Below are positions 26,965 through 42,024 of a stretch of 64,000 nucleotides of DNA, one piece after another. The translations under genes were made by a program, and so were the position numbers. Source of the DNA: Eledone cirrhosa (taxonomy: Eukaryota). The stretch is from contig OZ024754.1 of the NCBI GenBank assembly GCA_964016885.1, positions 30,566,001-30,630,000 of the forward strand, written 5' to 3'. The notes beneath the pieces are model-generated. The model worked only from the letters and a program-made list of their open reading frames with translations. It made no database searches and was not told where the DNA came from. Position 1 is the stretch's first letter. Each line of letters begins with the position of its first letter.

Positions 26965-27454
26965 GCTGACAGGTGAAAAGTATTCAAAGAACAAGATTGT
27001 AAATGACGGTGGCAGGAAGTAAAATTAATCAGTCTGTATTTTGTTTATCTTAGAGAAATGTGTTAAATAAAACTAATTATGTAATATCTTACTATCAGAC
27101 TTTCATTTTTAATGAGTATTTAACTGTTGGACATCTGGTTTAGTGATAAATAATTACACATAGAATATTCATACTTGTTTTTAAAAGAAAAGTGTTAGTA
27201 TTGTAATTGAAGTTAAATAGCTAGAGCTGGCAATAAAAAAATTGGTTACATTGTTGACTTATTAGAAATTTAGTATTAACCCTTTTGATACCAAACCGTT
27301 CAAAACTGCATTTGGTTCTGCAATACAAGGGTCAACCTATGATCTTTTCAGTCAACCATTGTACACACTCAAGACAAATTCATAGGTTTACTATGAAGGA
27401 TTGATGCTGGAGCTGTGAAATCTTGCATGCATTAATTTCAACTCTTCTTATTAA

Positions 27455-27790
27455 TAACTGCAATGTGTTGCAACTCCTGAGAGAATCGTAGGGATGCCAT
27501 GTTGACATAGAGTGTTTCTTGGACATTTTAAGCCTGATGGAGCCCATACCTCTTGAGGCCTGAGTACAGCAGATTTCTTCCAGAGAGGGATAGAAAGTGA
27601 GAGAAAGAGGAAGAGATATAGAGGAAGAATCAATTCCAGTACTAGGCCGGTACCCTTTTTATCGACCTCGAAAAGAAGGAAAGGCAAAGTTGACCTCGGC
27701 AAGATTTGAACTCAGAGAGCAGACTGCTGGAATGAAGAATACTGCAGAGCATTCTATCCAATGTTCTAATGATTCTGCCAATCCACCAAC
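27455..27790 (-). mobile_element. SINE A head with alternative 3' extension
   Basis: Same extension (aaatctgctgtactcaggcc..ttaaaatgtccaagaaac) as 44365-44655 and 51185-51475. Confidence 0.75.
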
Positions 27791-27856
27791 TGTCCAACAT
27801 AGCCATCTTGTTTCAGCAAATAGTGTGTATATACATATCTCTTTCTCTATATAGTG

Positions 27857-27905
<49 letters not shown>

Positions 27906-27962
27906 TGTATATATATATATATATATATAGTGATGTATAGTGATATATATATATATATAGTG

Positions 27963-27998
<36 letters not shown>

Positions 27999-28006
27999 GT
28001 ATAGTG

Positions 28007-28075
<69 letters not shown>

Positions 28076-28211
28076 TGTATATATATATATATATATATAG
28101 TGATATGTATATATATATATATATATAGTGATATATATATATATATATATATATATCACTATATATATATATATATATACATATCACTATATATATATAT
28201 ATATATATATA

Positions 28212-28388
28212 GTTGTTTCTACGTTAGGCACAAGGCCAGCAATTTACCAGTGCATTACTGGTACTTTATTTTATCGACCCCGTAAGGATGAAAGGCAAAG
28301 TCAACCTCGGCGGGATTTGAACTCAGATCGTAAAGGGACGTAACTATGCTGGAAAGCATGGCGTCCGACCCTCTACCGATACTGCCAA
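28212..28388 (-). mobile_element. SINE family A
   Basis: Near-identical to 41584-41768. Confidence 0.85.
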
Positions 28389-28409
28389 TACATATATAGT
28401 GATATGTAT

Positions 28410-28458
<49 letters not shown>

Positions 28459-28615
28459 TGTATATATGGTGATATGTATACATATATATATAGTGATATG
28501 TATACATATATATATATATAGTGACATGTATACATATATATAGTGGTATATATACATATTTATAGTGATACACACATGCACACACATATATATATATATG
28601 TATATATATATATAT

Positions 28616-29063
28616 TACACCTCACCAAGACAATGTCACTGGACCGAGACCTTTGGCGGTACTCAGTAATAGAGAAGACCCGCCTTGCCAGTAGGCATCT
28701 CTAACAAAATACACCCCGTCCCACCACCACCACCCCCACCCCATCCACACCACCCCGTTCTATGTAAAGTTATGTTGGTGCCGCGCCATCCAGGCCGAAA
28801 CAAATGAGATCGTGTAGGTGTCACGACAAAAAAAACACACAGTCCACGCTGTAATGTGGCCGTGTAGGCAACACGGTAAAAACCTCCCAGACCCACACTG
28901 TAAATGTGGTTGGTGTTAGGAAAGGCATCCAACTGTAGAAAACCTGCCAGACAGTCCTATGCGAGCAAGAAAATCACTCTTGCCTCAAGTGGGACTACCC
29001 CCGTCCAAACCCATGCAAGCGTGGAACACGGACGTTAAACGTTGATGATGATGATGATGATGA
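28616..29063 (+). mobile_element. RTE family A 3' end and UTR
   Basis: Near-identical to 62872-63373. Confidence 0.9.
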
Positions 29064-29962
29064 TATATATATATATAGTGGTATTGAACTAGAGCAGATC
29101 TGTATATTAACAAAAGAGATGACAAACAATAAACAAACACACGATGGCATTAATGAGTGTTTACATATATTAGAAATACATGGTACACACTCACATACAC
29201 ACACAGACATATACACATTCACACACACATACTTATACACACACACAGACATATACACATTCACACACACATACATATACACACACACACAGACATATAC
29301 ACATACACACACACATACATATACACACACACAGACATATACACATACACACACACATACATATACACACACACAGACATATACACATACACACACACAG
29401 ACATATACACATACACACAGCCATATACACATACACACACACACAGACATAGACACATACACACACACAGACATATACAGATACACACACACACAGACAT
29501 AGACACATACACATACACAGACATATACAGATACACACACACACAGACATACACATACACACACAGACACACACACAGACACAAATACAGACACACAAAG
29601 ACATATACACACACACACACATATATATATGTACACACACACACACATACACATAGAGACATGCACACAACCACACACACATCCTTATGCAAACACACCA
29701 GTTCATATAGGTGTATACATTCACATATCTGTGCACATGGGAGCACACATCCACAAACACACACTCACAAACACACACTCACATATACATCCTTATACAC
29801 ACATGCCAGTTTACATAGGCATACACACTCACATGCATATGCTTGTGCATATGTACACACACATACACACACACACACACGCGCACACACTTACATGTAC
29901 ACTAGGTTATACAGGCAGACACGGACAGCAAATCTAATGCAATAGGTTCTGTATAGTGTGAG

Positions 29963-30000
<38 letters not shown>

Positions 30001-30070
30001 TTTGTGTGAATGTGTGTATTTGTTGTATTAAACATTAATATATTGCATATGAACATTTGCATACATGCGC

Positions 30071-30146
<76 letters not shown>

Positions 30147-30220
30147 GAATATATGAATATAAATACATAAATAATAACAACAACAACAACAATAATAATA
30201 ATCATAATAATAATAATAAC

Positions 30221-30274
<54 letters not shown>

Positions 30275-30323
30275 TTGCATATCATCATTTAATATTTAAT
30301 ATCCATTTTCCCTGACACACATA

Positions 30324-30358
<35 letters not shown>

Positions 30359-30378
30359 CCACATATGTATACACATAC

Positions 30379-30587
<209 letters not shown>

Positions 30588-30608
30588 CATATATAAATAT
30601 GACCCTCC

Positions 30609-30677
<69 letters not shown>

Positions 30678-31399
30678 AACACACACACATACATACAGTG
30701 CAGTCCACAAGAGATGAAAAGAACAAGCAGTATGATTGAACAAGCAAGTTATTAGTTTTTGAAGAAGAAGTAATGTCTGCGTGGCAATTCTATGGAAGTT
30801 TAAAAGAGATAATATTGGAAATTTGACAGGAAAAACGTAGAAAATCAGTCTGGAAATGTGACAAGATATTTATTGATCTATTTAAAATAATATGGCAATC
30901 TATTTTACTGATTCTGTGTGTTGTCTGATATGGATGATGGCAGTGAAGTTAGGTCAATGTACTGACAGTAATAGAAGGGGAGAGTGAGAGGAGGTAGTGA
31001 TAGAGAGAGGGGGAGAGGGGGAGAGAGGGGGAGGTGGGAGAATGTAGTTGGAGATCATAATCATCATAATCATTGTCGTCATCATCATCATCATCATTAT
31101 CATCATCATCATTGCCATCATTATCACTCTCAGCATCATCATTATCATCATTACTATCATCATTATTATCATCATTATCATCATCATCATCATCATCATC
31201 ATAATCATCATCATCATCATCATCATTATTACCATTATTATCACTATCATCATCATCATCATCATCATTACAATCATCATCATTATCATCATCATTGCCA
31301 TCATTACTATCATCATCATCAGCAACGAGATAATCATTATCATCACCAACACTACCATAATCATCATCGGAAATATCATCGGCAGTGTCGTTATCGTCA

Positions 31400-34300
31400 G
31401 CATCACCATCACCACTGTCATCACCATCACCACTGTCATCACCATCACCACTGTCATCACCATCACCACTGTCATCACCATCACCACTGTCATCACCATC
31501 ACCACTGTCATCACCATCACTACTGTCATCACCATCACCACTGTCATCACCATCACTACTGTCATCACCATCATCACTGTCATCACCATCACCACTGTCA
31601 TCACCATCACCACTGTCATCACCATCACCACTGTCATCACCATCACCACTGTCATCACCATCACCACTGTCATCACCATCACCACTGTCATCACCATCAC
31701 CACTGTCATCACCATCACTACTGTCATCACCATCACCACTGTCATCACCATCACCACTGTCATCACCATCACCACTGTCATCACCATCACCACTGTCATC
31801 ACCATCACCACTGTCACCACCATCACCACTGTCATCACCATCACCACTGTCATCACCATCACCACTGTCATCACCATCACCACTGTCACCACCATCACCA
31901 CTGTCATCACCATCACCACTGTCATCACCATCACCACTGTCATCACCATCACTACTGTCATCACCATCATCACTGTCATCACCATCACCACTGTCATCAC
32001 CATCACCACTGTCATCACCATCACTACTGTCATCACCATCACCACTGTCACCACCATCACCACTGTCATCACCATCACCACTGTCATCACCATCACCACT
32101 GTCATCACCATCACCACTGTCACCACCATCACCACTGTCATCACCATCACCACTGTCATCACCATCACCACTGTCATCACCATCACTACTGTCATCACCA
32201 TCATCACTGTCATCACCATCACCACTGTCATCACCATCACCACTGTCATCACCATCACTACTGTCATCACCATCACCACTGTCATCACCATCACTACTGT
32301 CATCACCATCACCACTGTCATCACCATCACCACTGTCATCACCATCACCACTGTCATCACCATCACTACTGTCATCACCATCACCACTGTCATCACCATC
32401 ACTACTGTCATCACCATCGCCACTGTCATCACCATCACCACTGTCATCACCATCACTACTGTCATCACCATCACTACTGTCATCACCATCACCACTGTTA
32501 TCACCACTGTCATCACCATCACCACTGTCATCACCACTGTCATCACCACTGTCATCACCACTGTCATCACCACTGTCATCACCACTGTCATCACCATCAC
32601 TACTGTCATCACCATCACCACTGTCATCACCATCACTACTGTCATCACCACTGTCATCACCATCACCACTGTCATCACCATCACCACTGTCATCACCATC
32701 ACTACTGTCATCACCATCACCACTGTCATCACCATCACTACTGTCATCACCATCACTACTGTCATCACCATCACCACTGTCATCACCATCACTACTGTCA
32801 TCACCATCACCACTGTCATCACCATCACCACTGTCATCACCATCACTACTGTCATCACCATCACCACTGTCATCACCATCACTACTGTCATCACCATCAC
32901 CACTGTCATCACCATCACCACTGTCATCACCATCACTACTGTCATCACCATCACCACTGTCATCACCATCACTACTGTCATCACCATCACCACTGTCATC
33001 ACCATAACCAATGTCATCATCATCACCACTGTCATCACCATCACTACTGTCATCACCATCACCACTGTCATCACCATCACCACTGTCATCACCATCACTA
33101 CTGTCATCACCATCACCACTGTCATCACCATCACTACTGTCATCACCATCACCACTGTCATCACCATCACTACTGTCATCACCATCACCACTGTCATCAC
33201 CATCACTACTGTCATCACCATCACCACTGTCATCACCATCACCACTGTCATCACCATCACCACTGTCATCACCATCACTACTGTCATCACCATCACCACT
33301 GTCATCACCATCACTACTGTCATCACCATCACTACTATCATCACCATCACTACTGTCATCACCATCACCACTGTCATCACCATCACCACTGTTATCACCA
33401 CTGTCATCACCATCACCACTGTCATCACCACTGTCATCACCACTGTCATCACCATCACTACTGTCATCACCATCACCACTGTCATCACCATCACTACTGT
33501 CATCACCACTGTCATCACCATCACCACTGTCATCACCATCACCACTGTCATCACCATCACTACTGTCATCACCATCACCACTGTCATCACCATCACTACT
33601 GTCATCACCATCACTACTGTCATCACCATCACCACTGTCATCACCATCACTACTGTCATCACCATCACCACTGTCATCACCATCACTACTGTCATCACCA
33701 TCACCACTGTCATCACCATCACCACTGTCATCACCATCACCACTGTTATCACCATCACCACTGTCATCACCATCACCACTGTCATCACCATCACTACTGT
33801 CATCACCATCACTACTGTCATCACCATCACCACTGTCATCACCATCCCTACTGTCATCACCATCACCACTGTCATCACCACTGTCATCACCATCACTACT
33901 GTCATCACCATCACCACTGTCATCACCATCACCACTGTCATCACCATCACCACTGTCATCACCATCACTACTATCATCACCATCACCACTGTCATCACCA
34001 TCACCACTGTTATCACCACTGTCATCACCATCACTACTGTCATCACCATCACCACTGTCATCACCATCACCACTGTCATCACCATCACCATTGTCATCAC
34101 CATCACTACTGTCATCACCATCACCACTGTCATCACCATCACCACTGTCATCACCACTGTCATCACCATCACTACTGTCATCACCATCACCACTGTCATC
34201 ACCATCACTACTGTCATCACCATCACCACTGTCATCACCATCACCACTGTCATCACCATCACCACTGTCATCACCATCACCACTGTCATCACCATCACCA

Positions 34301-35500
34301 CTGTCATCACCATCACCACTGTCATCACCATCACCACTGTCATCACCATCACTACTGTCATCACCATCACCACTGTCATCACCATAACCACTGTCATCAC
34401 AATCACCACTGTCATCACCATCACCACTGTCATCACCATCACCACTGTCATCACCATCACTACTGTCATCACTATCACCACTGTCATCACCATCACTACT
34501 GTCACCACCATCACTACTGTCATCACCATCACCACTGTCATCACCATCACCACTGTCATCACCATCACCACTGTCATCACCATCACTACTATCATCACCA
34601 CTGTCATCACCATCACCACTGTCATCACCATCACCACTGTCATCACCACTGTCATCACCATCACTACTGTCATCCCCATCACTACTGTCATCACCATCAC
34701 TACTGTCATCACCATCACCACTGTCATCACCATCACCACTGTCATCACCATCACTACTGTCACCACCATCACCACTGTCATCACCATCACTACTGTCATC
34801 ACCATCACTACTGTCATCACCATCACTACTGTCATAACCATCACCACTGTCATCACCATCACTACTGTCACCACCATCACCACTGTCATCACCATCACCA
34901 CTGTCATCACCATCACTACTGTCACCACCATCACCACTGTCATCACCATCACCACTGTCATCACCATCACCACTGTCATCACCATCACTACTGTCATCAC
35001 CATCACTACTGTCATCACCATCACCACTGTCATCACCATCACTACTGTCACCACCATCACCACTGTCATCACCATCACCACTGTCATCACCATCACCACT
35101 GTCATCACCATCACCACTGTCATCACCATCACCACTGTCATCACCATCACCACTGTCATCACCATCACCACTGTCAACACCATCACCACTGTCATCACCA
35201 TCACTACTGTCATCACCATCACCACTGTCATCACCATCACTACTGTCATCACCATCACTACTGTCATCACCATCACCACTGTCATCACCATCACCACTGT
35301 CATCACCATCACCACTGTCATCACCATCACCACTGTCATCACCACTGTCATCACCATCACCACTGTCATCACCATCACCACTGTCATCACCACTGTCATC
35401 ACCATCACTACTGTCATCACCATCACCACTGTCATCACCATCACCACTGTCATCACCATCACCACTGTCATCACCATCATCACCATCACCACTGTCATCA
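31400..35500. repeat. About 4.1-kb 18-bp minisatellite (atcaccatcaccactgtc) with 12-bp variants
   Basis: Seen directly; preceded by a (CAT)n tract at 31055-31400. Confidence 0.97.
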
Positions 35501-35699
35501 CCATCATTATTATCACCACCACCATGTTTCAGCTAAATGATTGTTTCACAAAATTAATTTGTTCCTAAAGCCATTTCATCATCATCATCATCACCGTTTT
35601 ACGTCCGTTCTTCCACTCTAGCATGGGTTAGACGGGTTGTCCTGTTGTGTGCAGTGTCTGGTCGGCTGACCATGCCTTGCTCATACAGGAACCACTTGA

Positions 35700-36476
35700 A
35701 ATGTTCGTAAACCAAAACTATTTTTCCCATACAAAATGTTGAGAGAGAAATACAGTGAGAGAGAGGGAGACTATGTGTGAAAGACAGATAGATATCACCT
35801 TAGTAACTAACTACGCAGTAAGTGATGCTTCCCCACTGATACTCCCATGTGTGTTTATTACTCGAGACATCGTTCATCACCCGAGACATTTTATGTTCAG
35901 AAAAATTGTTCATGAACTGATTTGGTCCTGATGAGGGGCATTTGTGAACCAATTTGCTCCTGATGAGAGGGGTTTGGGAACCAATTTGTTCATAACCAGA
36001 GGGGTTTGGGAACCAATTTGTTCATAACCAGAGGGGTTTGGGAACCAATTTGTTCATAACCAGAGGAGTTTGGGAACCAATTTGTTCATAATCAGAGGAG
36101 TTTGGGAACCAATTTGTTCATAACCAGAGGGGTTTGGGAACCAATTTGTTCATAACCAGAGGAGTTTGGGAACCAATTTGTTCATAATCAGAGGAGTTTG
36201 GGAACCAATATGTTCATAACCAGAGGAGTTTGGGAACCAATTTGTTCATAACCAGAGGAGTTTGGGAACCAATTTGTTCATAATCAGAGGAGTTTGGGAA
36301 CCAATTTGTTCATAATCAGAGGAGTTTGGGAACCAATATGTTCATAATCAGAGGAGTTTGGGAACCAATATGTTCATAATCAGAGGAGTTTGGGAACCAA
36401 TTTGTTCATAATCAGAGGAGTTTGGGAACCAATATGTTCATAACCAGAGGAATTTGGGAACCAAAGTTCCACTGTA
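35700..36476. mobile_element. pogo/Tigger-like MITE remnant with a 32-bp tandem array (35930-36465)
   Basis: Right end gttccactg-TA; unit gaggagtttgggaaccaatttgttcataacca, about 16 copies. Confidence 0.6.
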
Positions 36477-36837
36477 TATGTATATTTTAGAAGTCTTCCT
36501 ATCTTCTTAACCATTTCCATCCTGTGTTGGATGTAAGATTTTCTTAATGAAATAGTCTACTTATTTCCACGGTGGAACTCAGCAAATGAGGTTGAATATC
36601 ATAGTTGTTAACTAAGAGAGATTATAAAAAATAAAAGATAGAATGGAACTGCCCCAAAATGGCCTCGATCTATAGGCTGGAATAGAAAGAAAATTTAAAG
36701 ATAGACAAATGAACCTTTGTCACTTTTGACAATGAGTGTTCCAATTTCAGTCAACAGAATGTCCTACTCATTTGATTACCATGTAAGTGACTGAGCCTTG
36801 TCACATACTGTATCACCCTGAATCTCCCTGACAATTA

Positions 36838-37093
36838 CATTACCTTTTTGATATCAAACTGCCTGAAACTGCCCTTCATTCTACAATACAGAACTATTTG
36901 TTTTTATGTGTTTATCTTTATCTAAAATCCTTTCAGCATAATTTTATATGTAAGAACCTTTGTTAAGTTATTTCCCAAACTCCAGAAAGTAAGTTATATT
37001 ACTAAATCCCTCCAAATTCTTGATTATTTTCAAAATTATTTTAAACCTCTAAGCAGCGTATATTATTAGAAGTTGGTAACAGAAGGGTAAATT
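36838..37093. mobile_element. TTAA-type MITE family 2
   Basis: ttacctttttgatatcaaac...ttggtaacagaagggtaaa. Confidence 0.55.
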
Positions 37094-37128
37094 AACATGT
37101 AAGTGGCCAAGCTTTGTTGCACACTGAG

Positions 37129-37611
37129 ACGGTGGATTGGCAGTATCGGTAGAGGGTCGGACGTCATACTTTGATGCATAGAGTTACGGCCCTTTCCATT
37201 CTGAGTTCAAATCCCGTCGAGGTTAACTTTACCTTTCATCCTTACGGGGTCAATAAAATAAAGTACCAGTAATAGACTGGGTATTTGCTGGCCTTGTGCC
37301 AAAAAGTAGAAACAATTATATATAAATTAACAATTTTATTATGTATTATATATAAATATAGTAAAATGAAAAAGAAATGATTTTTTTTATACATAGTATA
37401 TATTATGTTATACTATGTGTAAAAAAATATCATTTCTGTGGATTGGCAGTATTGATAGAGGGTCGGACGCATATAGTTACCTCCCTTTATGATCTGAGTT
37501 CAAATCCTGCTGAGGTTAACTTTGCCTTTCATCCTTACGGGGGTCGATAAAATAAAGTACCAGTAATGTACTGGGTAATTGCTGGCCTTGTGCCAAAAGT
37601 AGAAACAATTA
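37129..37611 (+). mobile_element. Two SINE A copies (37129-37319 and 37437-37611)
   Basis: Family A head, B box and tail in both copies. Confidence 0.85.
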
Positions 37612-37668
37612 TGTGTTGAACGACTCATTCTTAACCCCACAGTCATGCCTGCACCTGTATAACTAAGT

Positions 37669-38627
37669 ACAAGGGTCAGTTGAAAAGTTCTTAGGCTGAC
37701 TATGAAGGAATGTTACTAGGGCTGTGAAATCTTGCATGCATTAATGCTTCAGCATTTAAACTAGCTGTATCTGGCCAGAATTCTCTCACCTCTTTCTATT
37801 GAAGCTGGCTGTAACTGGCCATTCATACTGATGTTAAGGTATTGTTTTCAAAATGAATATTATCAAAATGTCATAGATTTGAAAGTATGCGAGAAATTAT
37901 GTGAGATTAATAAAAATAGACGGTAGCCACGGAGTAGGCAGACCCAGAAAAACCTGGGACAACTTGATAAATTCCGACCTCACACACTTACACCTCTCCA
38001 AGACAATGTCACTGGACTGAGATCTTTGGCGCTACACAGTAATAGAGACGACCCGCCTTACCTAAGTGCAAAGTGAAACCTACTACAGTCAGTAGGCACC
38101 TCTAACAAAATACACCCACGTCCCACTACCCCCACCCCATCCACACCACCCCTTTCAATGTAAAGTTATGTTGGTACCACAACATCCAGCCCGAAACAAA
38201 TGAGGTCGTGTAGGTGTCACGACAAAAAAAACACACAGTCCACGCTGTAATGTGGCCGTGTAGGTAACACGGTAAAAACCTCCCAGTTCCACACTGTAAA
38301 TGTGTTTGGTGTTAGGAAGGGCATCAAGCCGTAGAAAACCCGCCAGACAGTCCTATGCGAGCAAGACAACCACTCTTGCCTCAAGTGGGAAAACTCTCGT
38401 CCAAACCCATGCAAGCGTGGAAGATGGACGTTAAACGATGATGATGATGATGATAAGCCTTTACGATGAAAATATAGTAGTATATATAGTAATGTAAATG
38501 CTAAAGAGTTAATTTCAACTCTTATTAATAATTGCATGGTTTCTTTCCTTGTTAAAAAATAAACCTCATTTGGTCATTTCATGAGAGCATCTTAGCCAGC
38601 CTATGAACTTTTCAGCCGACCCTCGTA
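37669..38627. mobile_element. Mariner-like MITE hosting a TTAA MITE (37741-38512) hosting an RTE 3' end (37910-38455)
   Basis: TA-caagggtcagttgaaaagttc and gaacttttcagccgaccctcg-TA TIRs; uninterrupted junction gcattaatttcaactc seen at 27428. Confidence 0.8.
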
Positions 38628-38807
38628 CATTGGTACATTTAGTACTATAATACATCTGCAACGGATTTTTTAAAAGTATACAATTTCTAATCAATAACTG
38701 ATAATCAATAACTACTGATCAATATGGAAGAGTTAAATCTTTTGTCTTGTCAATAACACAAATATATATATACTCATTCTAAAGTTTTAAAATCTTCTTC
38801 TTATTCT

Positions 38808-38936
38808 TTTATTTCATCTCTTTTTCATTCTTTTTCGGTTTCTTTCTTTTTTCCACTATTTTCACATCTGGTATTTTTTGAATTTCTAAAGCTAAATATT
38901 TCATTCTCTGGGACAATTCAATATGGTGCCTCAAAA
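38808..38936 (-). CDS. Possible terminal exon (xLRHHIELSQRMKYLALEIQKIPDVKIVEKRKKPKKNEKEMK*)
   Basis: Acceptor cattatttAG followed by a 41-codon non-repetitive open frame; no homology recognised. Confidence 0.3.
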
Positions 38937-40269
38937 CTAAATAATGTTATTGTTGTTGTTGTTTTGTGGTGGTGGTGGTGGTGGTAGTTGTGTGGTGGTA
39001 GTTGTTGTTGTGATTGTGTGGTGATAGTGATTGTTGTTGTGGTGGTGGTGGTGGTGGTAATGGTGGTGGGGGTGATAATGGTGGTGGAAGTGGTGGTGAT
39101 AATGGTGGTGGTGGTGATGGTAATGGTGGTGGTAGTAATGGTGGTGGGGGTGATAATGGTGGTGGGGGTGGTAATGGTGGTGGTGTGGAAGGGGGTGGGG
39201 GTGATGTTTGGCAAGTTGAAATATATAATGGCAAAGATTTTCAATAAATCTCTCCCTGCCTTCTCACATACACACAATACTTACACATATACACAATAAG
39301 CACACATACACACAATAAGCACACATACACACACAATAAACACACATACACACACAATACACACACACACAGGTATATATAAGTTATCATACCCAACCTC
39401 CTCCAGCTATTAATGCAGAAATATGGTCGTATTTATAGTCACCACCATCATCATCATCATCACAACCACCATCAACATCATCATCACAGCTATCATCATC
39501 ATCATCACAGCTATCATCATCATCATCACAGCTATCATCATCATCATTATCATTATCATCACCATCATCAACGCCATCATCCTCTTCATCACAGCCATCA
39601 TCACCACTATCATCATAATCACAACCATCACCATTCATCATCATCATCATCATCATCACAACTATCATCATCATCATTAGCAACATCATCATCATCATCA
39701 TCAGCATCACTATCGTCAACTTCTTTTCTAACCCTTTGTCTACCCAGTCTTTAAACATGCCACATTCCCTACCCAGGACTTCTCAACTAAATTTCCATCT
39801 CCTTGATAATTTCTATCAAATATTTCTCCTTGTTAATTTATATTTTGTGACATAGATTCATGGAAATTGGGAACATTCCCACAACACCCACAGGAGGAGT
39901 GGCTCAATTATCTGCCCCTTATAATGGAGACATTCCCACAAACACACAGACATACTTTTTGTGGTTATATACCATATATACTCAAATATAAGCTGACATG
40001 AATAGAAGCCCACCCCACTATTTTATGTCCGAGAGTTGGGCAAAAAACCAAACCTTATTTACATAGAATTTGAAGTTGGTGAAAATATTGACCCCAAATA
40101 TAAGCAGAGCCCCTCTCCCTGTCTGCCATTGATGTTTTGGTGCCATATATTTGAGTATATACTGTAAGCCATAAGTGATATGAAACTAGTCTTCTGATTG
40201 GCCAAGTGGCTGTTTGGGGATTTGTTTATAAAGTAGGCCACTTTGTGGCCAACATATTAGCTATCTATG

Positions 40270-40550
40270 TTGAGGGTATTACAAGGGGTAGATAATTCAG
40301 CTTCTGCTGTTGTAGGTATTTCATCAGGGGCAGACAATTCAGCTACTCATGTTGTGGGAATTTCAACAGGGTGAAGATAATTCAGCTTCTCATGTTGTGG
40401 GTATTACATCAGGGGCAGATAATTCAGTTTTTCCTGTTGTGGGTATTACATCCGTGGCAGATAACTCAACTTCTCATGTTGTAGGTATTACAATGTCAGG
40501 GGCAGATAAATCAACCAGTTCTGTTCTTAAAATTACAATGTCAGTGGTCA
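40270..40550. repeat. Degenerate about 42-bp tandem repeat
   Basis: ggggcagataattcagcttctcatgttgtgggtattacatca, about 6 copies. Confidence 0.8.
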
Positions 40551-41236
40551 CTAAATCAGGCATCCATGTTGAAAGGTTTAAGTAGATTATAGAATTAACT
40601 AATATAAACTGGCTATAACTGTGAAAAAACACTCATCATATTGACAGATAATAACTTATTAATTATAGCAAGTTATTAATGCTGTCAAATATGATAACTT
40701 CTTTTAACTCAAAATTTTTAAATGAATTTTCCTTATAGTAATTCAATTTCTCTTTTCCCTAATAATCCTTCTATGTTATTAATTATGTCTTTGTATATGC
40801 CTTAACTCTGTTATTAATTAAAGGACTCTGTATGTCTCTACATTATAATCCTCTTTAGTCTGTTCTTTGTTTTCTTCAGTGTGGTCTAGATTAAAGTTTG
40901 GTTGTGCAATAAAAGGCAAACGTAATAACATTGTGATTTATTTTTTAATTTTTAGAATTAACTCAAACTAATTAAATTTACAATGTTGAATTTCTTTTGA
41001 AAAATGAAATTCAAAGACTTTATTGTTAATACTTGATGAGAAAATTTGAACTAAGGCACTAACTACGATGCTATGATTCATCTAACATACTTTACCATAC
41101 TCCATTCCGTATATATATATATATATAAGACTGCATACCATCTACCATCCCATACTATACCATCTAGGATGTATTTTTTATATAATGCTCTATATCATAC
41201 CACACCACACCATTTACCATCTACCATCTTATATAT

Positions 41237-41428
41237 AATTGTTTCTACTTTTGGTACAAGGCCAGTAATTACCCAGTAGATTATTGGTACTTTATTTTAT
41301 CGACCCCCTTAAGGATGAAAGGCAAAGTTAAACTCGGCAGGATTTGAACTCAGAATAGCAAGGGCCGTAACTCTATACGTCAAAGCATGGCGTCCGACCC
41401 TCTACCGATACTGCCAATTCACCGCCCT
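41237..41428 (-). mobile_element. SINE family A
   Basis: Full length; TSD-like ttatatataat. Confidence 0.85.
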
Positions 41429-41583
41429 TATATATATAATGATTGGAGAACTGCGAGACTGTGTCCAATATAATTTTTTACATCACATTATTAAAATATG
41501 TTGGATTACTTTGAATAAATCATGAATAAATATTATGTAATTTATCTACTAAATTTCTTAGCTCTTGATTAAAGATAAATAAT

Positions 41584-41768
41584 TGTTTCTACTTTAGGCA
41601 CAAGGCCAGCAATTACCCAGTGCATTATTGGTACTTTATTTTATCGACCCCGTAAGGATGAAAGGCAAAGTCAACCTCGGCGGGATTTGAACTCAGATCG
41701 TAAAGGGACGTAACTATGCTGGAAAGCATGGCGTCCGACTCTCTACCGATACTGCCAATCCACCGCCC
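41584..41768 (-). mobile_element. SINE family A, young copy with 18-bp TSD
   Basis: tgattaaagataaataat at 41566-41583 and 41769-41786. Confidence 0.92.
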
Positions 41769-42024
41769 TGATTAAAGATAAATAATCTTATATATAATGT
41801 ATTGCTTATTTCAAGATTCACTTCTGTTAAAACTTTCAAATATCGACTTCCGTTAGCGTTCATATCATAACATTTTGCTGTAATGCCATTATTATATGAA
41901 CGCTAATAGAAGTTGACATTTGAAAGTTTAAATACAGGGGTTGGTTTCAGGCTGGTATCAAAAGGGTTAATCCCAACAACTGGTCATTGGGTGCCTTTAG
42001 CAGACTTCACTCTACTGCAATATT

